A stretch of DNA of 64,000 bases, taken from assembly GCA_964016885.1 (NCBI GenBank), contig OZ024741.1, positions 285,014,001 to 285,078,000 on the forward strand, written 5' to 3'. Positions 25,276 through 38,300 of the stretch are shown in pieces (the first letter of the stretch is position 1; each line of letters opens with the position of its first letter). The translations under genes and the position numbers were made by a program. Source of the stretch: Eledone cirrhosa. Lineage: Eukaryota. The notes under the pieces were generated by a model. The model searched no databases. It was not told where the DNA came from and saw nothing but the letters and a program-made list of their open reading frames with translations.

Positions 25276-25937
25276 TATATATATGGACTTATGTTATTGT
25301 ATCTCTGTGTTCGGCTTATTTATTTTTAACGATATGCGTGTGTGTGTCAGTGAATATCTGTATGTGTGTATATATGTATGTGTGCATGTATGATTCTCTG
25401 TGTGTGTATCTGTGTGTATCTAAGTGTACGTGTGTGTGTATGCCTGTCCGTATATGCATGTGCTGTGTGTGTGCTTGCGTAGATGTTTGCAAATTTCACA
25501 TTTAACCAACTGTCACGTTTGTGTTATTTTAAAAGCTTTGTGAAACTAAACTTCTCATTTGTCTTAATTTCTTCATTAAATAAGATCTTATTAATTATAC
25601 ATTCAAGATAAGTGAAATAGGCGTCTCTCTCTCTCTCTAGCTCTCTCTCTCTAGCTCTCTCTCTCTCTAGCTCTCTGTATATATATCAACCAATCAGAAT
25701 CTTGAACGGAAATATCGATGGACTAACGTTCACGTATGTCTTCTTAAATTTCTTATCAAATAAAATGCTGTCATTAATTAAACAGTCAAGCCAAGTGAAA
25801 TGATTCTCTCAATCAAAATCTTCACTAGAAATATTGATGTTTTTATCGTTGAGGATAATTGATTAATCAGAATCTATGTCTTTTTCTTCTTCGAGATTTA
25901 AAAACAAATGTAATAAACATCGATAAGATAGATAGAT

Positions 25938-28900
25938 ATATTTCTTTATTAGCTACAAGGGCGCACAAGAAAAGGGGACAAAACAAAGACATGCCGGGGA
26001 TTTTACATACAATCGTGTAAAAATAAGAAACAAACAAATATAACAATCGAAATCCCCAATAGGGGAGAGACGCCACAAATCGGTTGTTTAATACCCCGTC
26101 GATAGAACAACCCTCAACTTCAGGAGCGTGTTGTGCAAGTGCTCCTTTCTTACTTTTGCTCTCTTCTACAGGCTTCTACAGGCTTATAAACAGAGAAGGC
26201 CCAATCACTCGGGCCATTTTCGCTTACTTCACCCACCTTTCAGTAAATTTACTGGGGTGTAGTGCCTCTCTCTCCACTCTGATTCTCCTTCTAAAGTGAT
26301 ACTTAAAGAAGGGAATCAATTGTTGTCCGGAGAGAAAGGCATCTGTCCTCAGTCCTCTCAACCTCGTCCACCATATAACCTCTTTCACCATAGCCACTGT
26401 ACAGAGGAAAACCGCCTCTCTTTCGTTTTTGAAAGAGGCTGGCGGTTTGAAACTTACTATGGACTCGGCAGTCAACTAGATTTGTCCTATACGCGACAGC
26501 AGTTGTTCTGCATAGTTCCCCAGGTCGCTTACACCCGGGCAGTGTACAATTACGTGCAAGACGGTTTCAATGTCCTGCTCCAAACTTGGACACGTCCTCT
26601 TGGAAGGATCCGTGCCTGTAGATCTTATCTCGAACGGGTAGAGCTCCTCGGTAGCACTCCCAGGCCAGGGACCTCTGGAAGTTGTCCATAGGTCCCGGGC
26701 GGAAAGTCCTACCCAACAGACTGGTGAGCTCGTCGCCTTCGACGACTAGAGTCTCCCCGAGCACGTCGTCGCACTTGTAAAGTACTAACCCTCTATAGAA
26801 TGTTGAAATGGAGTCTCCACTGATTGCTATGTCCGCTTGTCAGAGAACTGTGAGCGCCTGGGCGCATTCAATGTGCCAGGCACTCATCTTCTTCGATTTT
26901 CGCTTGACCCAGGACTGCAGCTCCGTCAGCGAGACAAGTTGTGGGAAGGCATGTCTCACAAACGGTGCCCACACCGGTTGGTCGGTGAGGAATACCTGGA
27001 GATACCGTAGCCTCAGCGCATGTTTGCGCATCATTAGCCACGGCATGCCCAGCCCTCCGTCGGAAGGGTGTTGACAGTAGACGGATCTCCTCACCAGTGG
27101 AGCCTAATTCTTCCACAGGAACTGGAAGAGCATGCGTTCCATCTTAGTGAGGTATTCACAGGGACAATGCACGACAGTCAAGTGGTAGTAGATGACGGAC
27201 GCTATGAAAGTGTTCGCCACCTCCGCTCGACCTTTCAAAGATAGTATGCACTCTGCCCACTTCTGGGTGAGCGCAAATACCTTGGCCATGACCTCGTTCC
27301 AGATTTTCTCCACCTGAAGGTCTGGACCGAACCAGACCCCGAGCAATATCACCGGTCCTTCCGTCCAGTGTCCGACGACGCTGTCGGACGGCATCGAATT
27401 GCCTCTCCACGTTACGAGTTGCAAACCGACAGACTTGTCCGGGTTCAGTTTTGCTCCTGTGAACCTTTCGTATTCCTGTAGTAGGTTGCCGAATACCTCG
27501 AATTCCAAGGTTTTCGACACCATTCCGTCACATCGTCGGCATAAGCCGACGCCGTTTTTCGCAGTCCCGGTTATAAAGGGATGCCCTGGAAAAGCTCCAA
27601 CCTCCGCAGTAGTGACTCTAGAGTCAATACGTACAGAATGGAGGAGAGAGGGTATCCCTGTCGAATGGAACGCGTAATTGCGAACGGCTCCGATTCGTAG
27701 CCGTTCACCTTGACCTTCGAGCAGATGCTGGTGTGCATCGCCTTGATCCAGCCTCTGAAAACGGGACCGAAACCGGCCGCCTTGAGAACTGCTTCCAAGT
27801 ATCGATGGTCGACCCTATCGAATGCCTTAGACTGATCTAAATTGATCAGAGCCCCACCGAAGCCGGGTTTACACCCCACCCTCTCTGTGATGTATCGCAT
27901 GAGGTGGAGGTTGTCGTGTATGGATCTGGTCGGGATTGCACACGTTTGCGTTTTCCCTACCAGGTTTTCGACGAAAAGCGCCAGCCTCGTTGCTAGCACC
28001 TTGGCCAAAATCTTTAACTCTGTGTTGAGCAGAGTTATGGTCCTGAAATTGTTTATTTCGTGCCCCTTGTTCTCGTCTTTCCTGATCAGCGTTACTACGC
28101 CCTTGCCTGCAGAACTCGGAATTGTCCCGTTCTGCTGCCAATTGCAGTAGACAGCTTCGAGGACGCCAGAGAACGGGTCCGGCATGCCTATGTAAAACTC
28201 ATAGGGTAGACCATCTAGACCGGGTGATTTGCGTTTCCCGCAGAGGCATAGAGCGTCCCGTATCTCAGTGGCTGTGATCGATCTTTCGCAGAACTCGGCG
28301 CAGAACATGTTCGAGAGACGCGGCAAGCCGTCGAGGTATGAACCAAAGTCCATTGCCCCGTTCGGTGCACCGTCGTTCTGCTAAAACAGTCGCGCAAAGT
28401 GCCGCTGAAAGGCGCGCGCCTCTGCTTGGGGTCAAGTAGCACGCGTCCGTTTTGGTCTTTCAAAGACCGAATCGTGGACCTGTTGCCATTTTTCGCTTCC
28501 GCCACTCGAGCCCAGCTAACAGCTTTTGCTCCCTCGTTTCCTAGAACACGTGATTTACTTCTGGCCACGCAGCCTTCGTGTTTCGCGTCGAAGAACTAGT
28601 CCAGTGCCGTTCTCAATGCTAACACTCAAGCTGCGTTGCCACTCCTAAGCGCCTCTTCTACTTTGGCTACTAGTTCTGTTTCTGATTTGTTTTTCTCTAA
28701 AGCTAATTCTCTGCTAAACCCTATCGATTCTACTCTAATTGCTCTCTTGAGAGAGTACCACTATCTATTATTGACGATGGCTCCCGGCCACTCTTGCTTA
28801 ACTAATCTACTTATCCGTTCACTATAGGCTTTTCATGCCGGCAACGATACGTTCAGCTTCCAGTATCCGGGTCCTTGTCTATGTATTCTATCACGGTTGA

Positions 28901-30381
28901 CTATGCAGACGACTAGTTTGTGATCTGAATAGGCAACCTTGTGCATTTGTGGACAGCTTAACATCTTCTTGTCCTTTTCTCTAATGAAAATCCTATCTAG
29001 TAACGATCTAGATGTCCCGCTGCGGTTTGCCCACGTCCACTGTGGTGCAGTTGGGTAATCTAGACGATATCTATCGGCCAGTTGGAATTGGCCGATTAGA
29101 TTTTTGAGATTGTTGCACCCCGCTCAACTCGGACATGCTCCCACATAGTTCCATCGTGCATCTAGGATACCATTCCAGTCCTCAACTAAAAGCAAGGAGC
29201 GAGACGTTCCCAGAAAAGACTCCAGACGCTTAAAGATGTCTGGCCGCGATTGTGATTGCCCGGTCGGGGCATAAACGGCCACCAGTCTGAAGGCTCCACC
29301 TCCAATACTGTTCACGTCTAATACTGTCCAGTCTACCCTCCGGGTCCAAGTGTACTTGGTGTACTTCGAGATCCAGGTTTTTCCGAAACATGACAGTCAC
29401 TGCCCATCCACCTCCCGGCTGACAGAGAGATGCGTAGATCTCAAAGTCATTGAAGATGGGTTTAGTTGCTACCTGTTGTGGATCCTGGACTCGGTGATGG
29501 CTATTACATCTATACCGTGTGACCTAAGGTCGTTTAAAAGTTGGCCCTGTTTCCAGGGCATCCCTAGGCCACGCACATTCACGTTTCCAACTCGTAAGTC
29601 AGCCATGCTGGTGGAGAAGAGTTGGCGAAAAGGACAAAAAGGTGCACTTACCTTTTCGTTTCCTGGAGATCGGGTTGTTCAATCTCTATTTCAGTTCTAG
29701 TGAGGGTGTTGAGTGGGGTGGGGAAACATTTCAACAGGACACGGTTTATTGGTTTTTGGCAGGGATTGCCAACGTCCTGTGAAAACTGTTCTTTCAATTT
29801 CTGATAGGTTTCTGTCGAAACCCTTATTAGGTATAGGTGTGGTTGAGAGTCTGCTTTGACCAAAGTTTTCCCCTCAGTTTCCACTTTGGAGTCCTGTGAG
29901 ATGACCTCCATCAAATTTTTGTTGTTGGTGTTGATGTATGTATATTGTTGTTTTTGTTTTGGCTGTGTTGTTTTAGTTTGTTGTTCGTCTGTGAGTTTCT
30001 ATTTTGTGTTTGGGATGGTGTTGGTGTTTGTTTTGTTAGTAGGGGGAGGTTTGGTTGTGGTGTTCTTTGTGTCTGTTGCTGTGTGTTGGTGTTGGTGATT
30101 GAAGTTTTGAGGGTTTTGTGGTGTCTCTTTTTTTCTTTTTTGGATTTCCGAGGCTCTTCTTCTTCTACACTTAAAGAAGGAGAAGCAGCTTTATCTGTTG
30201 ATGAATAATCATCATAAGGAGTGTGGGGTAGGGGTATGTTGTGTGGCGATGGTGATTTGGTGTGTGTGTTTGTGGTAGTGTTGGATTGAGTGTGGTGGGG
30301 TGGGGCTGTGTTCTTCAGGGATGCTGTCTGTGTTTTTTCTGTTGTTTGTGGTTGAGTGGTTATTTGTTTGGGTGTGTTTAC

Positions 30382-30448
<67 letters not shown>

Positions 30449-31672
30449 GGTGGTGGTGGTTGTTTTGGTGTTGGCGTTGGTAAAGGTACTTTTTTAAAAG
30501 AAATTGTTTGCAAAGGGCGGGAGGCTTTTAAGTGGGATGTGCTTGCACATCGAAAACAGTGTGGCCTCTTTCTTCAGTTACAATGTTAATGTAGTTCTGG
30601 TTGTCGACCAGCACTCTTTCGGGGATTTTGGAAATAGTTTTCATTTGTATCAGCATTTCCAAATTTGTCCCTGCCCACCTTTGTCTGGCCGACTTCTTGA
30701 CCGAAAGAATTATGTCATTTTCTGGTTCTATGAATCCTGGTAAGATCCACCAAATGTTGATGTTTGGTGGTATGTTATTTATTTTATTTTTTTGTGTTCT
30801 TTTTCCCATGTAAGTAGGGAAAAAGGTGTGTGTTTTTGTAATGACGGGTGTAACAGAATGCTTTTGTGCGAGGGCCTCGCTTTTAAAAAGTACCGAAATA
30901 CTTCCATATAGTCTGGCCCTCTGGATAAAATCAATATCCGGAAGAGCCTCTTTCAAGGTGGTTTCAATTTCCCCTTGACTGAGGAATACAGGCTTTTTTA
31001 TTTGATTTGAAACAGTTCTGAAGGTTACCGTCCTTCGAAATGTTTCGCGTTTAATTTCCAAGGGTGAGTTTATTTGAAATCCACCCTTTTCTTCAAATGT
31101 TATAAATTGTTTTGCATCAGACAACATCTGTTTTGAATTGCTGATGTCCAACTCTTTATATTCTGTGTTGTTTATTACAGTCAGTGCGAATGTTTTTTTT
31201 TCAGTTTTGTTGTTGTTGGTGATGTTTTCGTGTGTAGTTGTGTCAATTGCTTCAATTTCTGCATTTTCTGTGTGTTTTTCTGTCTGTTGTGGGCTGTTAT
31301 TTTCATCTTTTGTTGTGCAAATATTCATTTCTTTACGAAAAGAAGTTTTGTTGTTGTTTGTCTCCATAGATACTTCTATGGAAGTAGAGGGAGATATAAC
31401 GCTTATATCTGCCTCTTTCTCTCTCTTCTCGCTGTCAACGCAGGCTAGCGTTCTCTGTACGTCACGTATTGTTAGTCAGGAAAATTTTAAAACTTCTCCA
31501 AATTTTTTAAATTAAATTTTTGCCCTACAGGAGCGAAAACTTAGATAACCACTCAGCTGACAATTCAGCCTGGGAGATAATCTATCAAACAATATAAATT
31601 TTCACACAATAAATTCTGTTTTTGTATAGAAAATTTTACAAAAACTTACCGACGATCTATCGCACGTCCGGT
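25938..31672 (-). mobile_element. Tx1-clade LINE, apparently full length, decayed, flanked by (GATA)n
   Basis: ORF1 about 31380-29648, ORF2 from 29606 (EN, RT at 27571-28353). The 3' end gcccttgtagctaataaagaaat is followed by (TATC)n. Confidence 0.92.
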
Positions 31673-31673
31673 C

Positions 31674-31755
<82 letters not shown>
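31673..31755. repeat. (GATA)n microsatellite
   Basis: Direct reading. Confidence 0.95.
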
Positions 31756-31756
<1 letters not shown>

Positions 31757-32279
31757 CCATACACACACATACATACACACATAAATACATACAAAAATGA
31801 AAAAAAAAAAGGATTGTTGATGTATGAAAAACTATCAGTCATTTAGCTTATATGTAAACAAAAACATAACTACATTCCTCTGCATCAAAGAGTGAAAAAT
31901 AAAATAAAAATGTTATTTAGAAGTAGAAAAAACTTTTGAATACAAATTGAGCACCGTCAAATAAGATTTGTGAACTGAGTGTGAATTTCCGATATCAGAA
32001 GAGTGTAACTAAAAGAAAATGCTTAATAAGAATTCAACCGAAATCAATCATTAGTTTATAAAGATATGAGGGGAAAATAAATAAATGTCACTGAGACTAT
32101 TCCAGAAAGATTCATTCTGGAGAAAATATGGGATGAAGAAATGAGGATTAACTTATAGGTAGTGTGATAGAAAGAAATCCAGAGGAAATATTGTCCCTGC
32201 ATTACACCTAAATCATACAGCATCAATGATGATACTCCCAAGACTGTGACAAGAACATTTCAGAATAACGAAAGGACCA

Positions 32280-33298
32280 CGTGGGAGGGCCATATAATGA
32301 CCATGTTGGGGTTTCAGGGGGTCATTGCGTGTTTAATAGCGAGGGCTTCTCACTTAAACAGCACCGACATGGTGCCGTGTTGTCTGACCCTCGCTATGTA
32401 CTCTGTGTCATCTCTGATGTACCTCAGTGCAGCTTCAATTTCGGCTTGTGGAGTTACTGCCGCTTTTCTTTTTTTTCTGCGCTGAAATGCATCTAAAGTG
32501 CACCGTTCTCCTCTCCAACGCTTCTATAGCTCCACCGGAGCAATTAAGTTGACCCCGGTTTGCTCTTGTTTGGTGAGCTTCCAGGTCTGAGCCAACTTTT
32601 TATCTTTTTCACTGAGATCCATGGTGAAGCATGGTCTGTTTTTGTGGCTGCTGCCGCAGCTAAAGTGTTCTGGTTGTTGTCCGTGTTACCGGTTCTGTTG
32701 CTGGTCACATGGTTGTTGTTGGTATCGTCGTTATTATTGGTGTTGTCGTCGTTGTAGTAGTTGGTGTTATTTTTGCTGTCGCTGTTGCAGTTGGTGTTGT
32801 TCTTGGTGCAGTTGTTGTTGTTGTTTTCGCTGCTGCAGTTGGTGTTGTTTTTAATTCCGTTGTTGCTCTTGGAGTTGTTGTTGTCGTTGTTTTCTTTACT
32901 TGTTTCACTGTTGCTGCTGTTGCTGTCGCTGTTCATGTTGTTTGTGGTGGTGTTGCTAAATTCGTTGTTGCATGTTGTGTTTGTAATTATTTTTGTTAGT
33001 CCATAATTGCGCTTGTTATTGACTCCTTCCTCTAACTTTCAAGTCGCTATCACAAGACGGCAGAAATAGAATGGGATGGGCGTATCCCCTCCATTAAAAG
33101 AAAATAGGTAAATATATATAAAGTTCAAATATTTGGGCCAAAAGCTCAAATATTATAAAGTCTCCCATTCACAGGGCACAGTTGGGTGCCTTATGACCTC
33201 TTTGAAACAAACAAATACAATGAAATATAAATTTAAACAACTTAATTCAACAAACCTATCGGAGCTCACGATAACACGTCTTCACACTCTGACAGCCA
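32280..33298 (-). mobile_element. Tx1-clade LINE 5' end (5'UTR plus Asn-rich ORF1 start)
   Basis: Homologous to 1750-2474 and 39900-40875; starts at (ATT)n. Confidence 0.8.
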
Positions 33299-33312
33299 AT
33301 AATAATAATAAT

Positions 33313-33885
33313 GATTTCTTTATTGGCCACAAGGGCTGACATCAAGAAAAACATTACAGACGGCACAGGACGGTACAGGTCGGTACGATGTGGGTTTTGT
33401 GCGTGTAAATATTTTTATTATTTATATAAGAAAAGAAAAAAAAGGACATAGAAACATATATATATATATAAACAATAAAAATGAAAATTGAAACAATGAA
33501 AAATTCCCCAATAGGGGGGAAACCTCCGAGAGTTACTCGTGGCGAAAACCACACAAAAGACCACGGCCATCCTGACCGCCAGGGCAAGCGCCCTCTCCCA
33601 ATTTTTCCATTTCTCAAACTACAGACGTATATTCCCTCGGACCATTCTCGCTACATTCACCCACCTTTAAACAAACTTGCTAGAAGGCAGCACTTGCCTC
33701 TCCACCCTAATTTTCCTCTTCAAGTAAAACTTGTAAAAGTTAATTAGGGATTCGCTGAAGAGGAAAGTGTCTGTCTTTAACCCGTTCAACCTTGTCAACC
33801 ACACAATCTCTTTCGACATGGCCACCAGGCAGATGAAAACTGCCTGCCCTTCCTCCTTGAAGGAAGGCGGAGAGACCATCTGCAC
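33313..33885 (-). mobile_element. Tx1-clade LINE 3' fragment, nearly identical to 21780-22365
   Basis: Shared 3'UTR and ORF2 end, with a small deletion near 33630. Confidence 0.92.
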
Positions 33886-33893
33886 AATAATAA

Positions 33894-35095
33894 TGAGCGT
33901 ATTAAAATCACATCTAAATAGTATGTCAAAAGTGAAGTGAATTCCCGAGCTGTGTCTATTATTAGGTACATTGCGGGAATTCTGAAATGGAATGTTGCTG
34001 AACAAAAAGAAATGGATAGGAAGACTAGGAAACTATTGACTATCTACGACATGTTCCACAAGAGGAGTGATGTCAATAGTCTCTACTTAAGGAGATCTGA
34101 AGGTGGAAAAGGTCTTATCAGCATAGAGGACTGTGTTCAGATGGAGAAAAACAACCTGCACAAATATGTGACCGACAGTAGGGAGCCAATGCTCAGAATT
34201 GTACTGAAGGCGATGTCCAAGGAGAAAATAACAACAAGGAGGAAGAGCAACCTTCATGAAAATTCCCTTCATAGTACCTTCTTTAAGAAAACTGAATTCA
34301 GAGATCCATAGACATGGAACTGGTTAAAAAGAGGGGACCTTAAAAAGGCTACAGAAGGAATGTTAATGGCTGCGCAAGAGCAGGCTCTCAGAACGAAGTG
34401 GGTGAAACACCATATTTACAAGGAGGAGGCTAGCCCACTGTGTAGGATCTATGGAGAGAGAGGGTAGACTGTGGCTCACATTGTATACGAGTGTAAACAC
34501 CTAGCCCAGACTCACTATAAAGGCAGGAGATATGATGTGATGAGTAGGGGGATCTACTGGCACCTATGCAAAGTAAACAATTTACCACATTCTGAGAAGT
34601 GGTATGAGCATAAGCCAGAGTCGGTGATAGAAAACGAACAGGTGAAGGTGCTATGGGATTTTAGGATACAGACGGACAAGAAACTGGAACACAATAGACC
34701 TGACCTGGTGGTTTTGGACAAGGAAAAAAGATCATGCCTGATTATAGATGTAGCCTGCCCATTTGACACGAGAGTGCAAGAAAAGGAGAGGGAGAAAATT
34801 AACCGATACCAGGACTTAAAGTGGGAGGTAAAAAGGATTTGGAACTGCCATGAAGTCAGAGTCGTCCCGATTGTCATAAGCGCACTAGGTACTATCTCAA
34901 AGAGTTTCCAAGGATGGTTAAAGAAAATTAGTCCAGCCCCGCTTTTTGAAACACTTCAAAAGGCATGCTTGCTGGGAACAGCAAGAACCCTCCGATACGT
35001 CCTGAATATCTGAGGCTGCAGGTAGTGGCTTGATATTCATTTCAACAAACTTTCCAGTTAAATAAAATCAATGACTGAGACTCAAAGAACAATAA
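33894..35095 (+). mobile_element. R4/Dong-like RLE non-LTR retrotransposon, 3' part
   Basis: LYLRRSEGGKGL, CCHC-like LCRIYG..HIVYEC, and the PD..D endonuclease NRPDLVVLDK..IIDVACPFD. (AAT)n on both sides. Confidence 0.88.
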
Positions 35096-35103
35096 TAATA
35101 ATA

Positions 35104-35293
35104 ATTGTTTCTACTATTGGCACACGGCCAGCAATTACCCAGTGCATTACTGGTACTTTATTTTATCGACCCCGTAAGGATGAAAGGCAAAGTTAACCTC
35201 GGCGGGATTTGAACTCAGAATGGCAAGGGCCGTAACTCTATGCGTCAAAGCATGGCGTCCGACCCTCTACCGATACTGCCAATCCACCGCCCT
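35104..35293 (-). mobile_element. Family A SINE
   Basis: Reverse complement of the family sequence; its tail shares the AAT tract with the Dong-like element. Confidence 0.92.
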
Positions 35294-35312
35294 TACTACT
35301 ACTAATAATAAT

Positions 35313-38300
35313 AATGATTTCATTTATTGGCCACAAGGGCCGACATATAGGGGACAATACAAAAGACTGGGACAGTGGGGTTTTACGTATATAACGTGTA
35401 AACAATAATAACAATAACAAAATAACAAGAAAAATACAACAAGAAAAATTCCCCAATAGGGAGGATGACCACCCAGGGTTCACTCAGGTACCCCACCAAT
35501 CCTGAACGACCCGATGCTTCGAGGGCACCCGGGAAGGGCACCCCTCTCCTCCTCAAATTCACCCACCACAGGCGCGTGATCAGAGTAGCCCACTCACACG
35601 GGCCATTCTCACCACGTTCACCCACCTCTCAGCAAATGTAATGGGGGGCAGCACTTCTCTCTCCACCCTCACCTTCCTTTCCAAGTAAAACTTGAAAAAG
35701 TTGATGAGGGATTGGCCGGAGAGAAAAGTGTCTGTCTTCAGTCCTTTCAACCTCGTCCACCATACAACCTCTGTCGCTACTGCCACCAGACAGAGGAAAA
35801 TTACATGCCCTCCCTGGCCAAAAGAAGACGGCAGGTCTATCTTCACTGTGGACTCAGCCGATAGCCGGATCCGTTCTACTCGCGACAACAGCTGTTCAAC
35901 ATAACTCCACAAGTCAGTAATGCACGAACATTGGACGAGTGCATGCAGAACGGTTTCGTCGTTCTGCGCGCATCTAGGGAATGTCCGTCTGACAGCACTT
36001 TCGGGCCTGTAGAGTTTATCTCGAACCGGCAGTGCCTCTCGGTAGCACTGCCAAGCGAGGGATTTTGGGAAATTATCCATCATCCTCGACTCGAAAGTCC
36101 TCCAGAACAGACTGGCCACGGCATACCCATGCCCTCCACGTATAGGCTGCTGGCAGCAGATGGACCACGTCACCAACGGAACCTGACCCTCCACAAGAAT
36201 TTGAAGAGGAGCCGCCCCAAGTTGGCGAGGCGCGAACGGGGGCAAGGGACGACGGACAGGCGTTAGTAGATGACGGACGCGATGTACGCGTTCGCCACCT
36301 CCCCCGACCTTTCAGTGAAAGTTTCCTCGCAACCCATTTCTGGGTGAGACTGGCTACCCTGCCCGTCATCTCGTCCCAATTCTTATCTACCAGGTGGTCT
36401 GGCCCGAACCAAACCCCGAGCAACTTCACCGGTCCGTCCGTCCAGCGCCCAACGACGCTGTTGGGAGGCATGGACTTGCCTCTCCAGGTGCCGAGCTGCA
36501 AGACCACCGACTTTTCCAGGTTAAGTTTTGCTCCCGTCAACCTTTCATATTCTTCCAATAAGTTGCCGACCACTTCGATTTCTGAGGTGTCCAACACCAT
36601 CACCGTGATGTCGTCCGCATAAGCAGACACAGCCTTTCCGCGTCCTGGTTCGAGCGGGATGCCCTGCAACAGCTCCAGCTTCCGCAGTAAAGGCTCGAGA
36701 GTCAATACTTACAGAAGGGAGGAGAGAGGACACCCTTGACGGACCGATCGGGAGATCTGAAACGGTTCCGAGAGGTGGCCATTAATTTTGACCACCGAGC
36801 AGATGCCTCTCTGCATTGCAGCGATCCAGCTTCTGATGACGGGGCCGAAGCCAGCCGCCTTGAGGACAGCCTCCAGGTACCGATGATCGACCCTATCGAA
36901 GCTTTCGATTGATCTAAATTGATCAGAGCCCCACCGAAGCCAGGTTTACACCCTATACTCTCTATGATATAACGCATCAGGTGGAGGTTGTCGTGTATGG
37001 ATTGGGTGGAGGTTGTCGTGTATGGATTGGGTGGAGGTTGTCGTGTATGAATCCCCCTGGTTGGGATTGCGCAATTTTGCGCCTCTCTAACCAAATCCCC
37101 GACGACAAGCGCCAACCTCTTCGCTAACACATTGGAAAAAATCTTAAACTCTGTGTTGAGCAGAGTTATGGGCCTGAAATTGTCTAATGTGTCCCTCTTG
37201 TTCTCGTCTCTCCTTATCAGCGTCACTACTCCCCCGGCTCACAGAACTGGGAATACTCCCGTTCTGCTGCCAGTTTCAGTAGAGCGCTTCGAGGAGATCG
37301 GAGAACAAGTTTGGCATATTTACGTAAAGTTCGTAGGCAGACCATCCAAACCGGGTGACTTGTGCCTCATGCAGCCGACAAGGGCATCCCGAATCTCGGC
37401 TGAAGTAATCGGCCTTTCGCAGCGCTCAGCGTCGGCCGTTGAGTGTTGCGGCAAGCCATCGCGGTAGGGACTAAGTCCGCCACCGTCTCTGACCCGCCAC
37501 TTCCCCCGAACAACCGAGCAAAATGTTGGCGAAAGGCCTCACACATCCGCTTGGAATCGTTCAGCTCATGTCCGTCTCGGTCCGTCAAAGACCGAATCGT
37601 GGTTTTATTACCACGCTGCGCCTCTGCCACGCGGGCCCATCGAACAGATTTGGTTCCCTTGTTTCTCAGAGCACGCGCCTTAGCTCTGACAATGCAACCT
37701 TCGTGTTTTGCATTGACGAAATGATCTAATGTCATTCTCGCCGCTAGCACGTCAGTTGCAATGCCACTACAAATAGCCTTGTCTAACTTATCTACCAACT
37801 CCCCCACCTTTCTATTTTTCTCTAATGCTACTTCTTTGCTAAACCCTATCGACATTACTCTAATCCCTCTTTTGAGAGCCCCCACCATCTATTGTTCACG
37901 ACTCCCCCTGTCAAGTTTTTCTTAACTAAATTGTTGACCCTGTCCCTGTAAGCCTTACGTGCCGGAAACGACATGTTCAGCTTCCAGTAACCATGTCCTA
38001 ACTTTCGCATCTTATCTAGGTCCACCATACAGATCACAATCTTGTGATCTGAATAGGCGACCGTATGTAATTGTGGACACCCTATACTATCCTTACCCCC
38101 TAATCTAATTAGAAACCTATCTAAGTCCGATCTAGATGTTCCTAAACCGTTTGTCCAGGTCCACACTGGCGCATTAGGGAAATCTAGTCGGTACCTCTCA
38201 GACAGTTGGAACTGGCTGATCAGGTACTTGAGGCTTTTGCACCCCCCGCTCCTATCGGATACTCCCATACAGTCCCAGCGTGTGTCTAAGATGCCGTTCC

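Noticed and set aside
33165-33220. Zinc-knuckle uORF (CICLFQRGHKAPNC) in the Tx1 5'UTR
   Set aside because: The Cys spacing is wrong and the residues are not conserved in the 2.3 kb and 51.1 kb copies.
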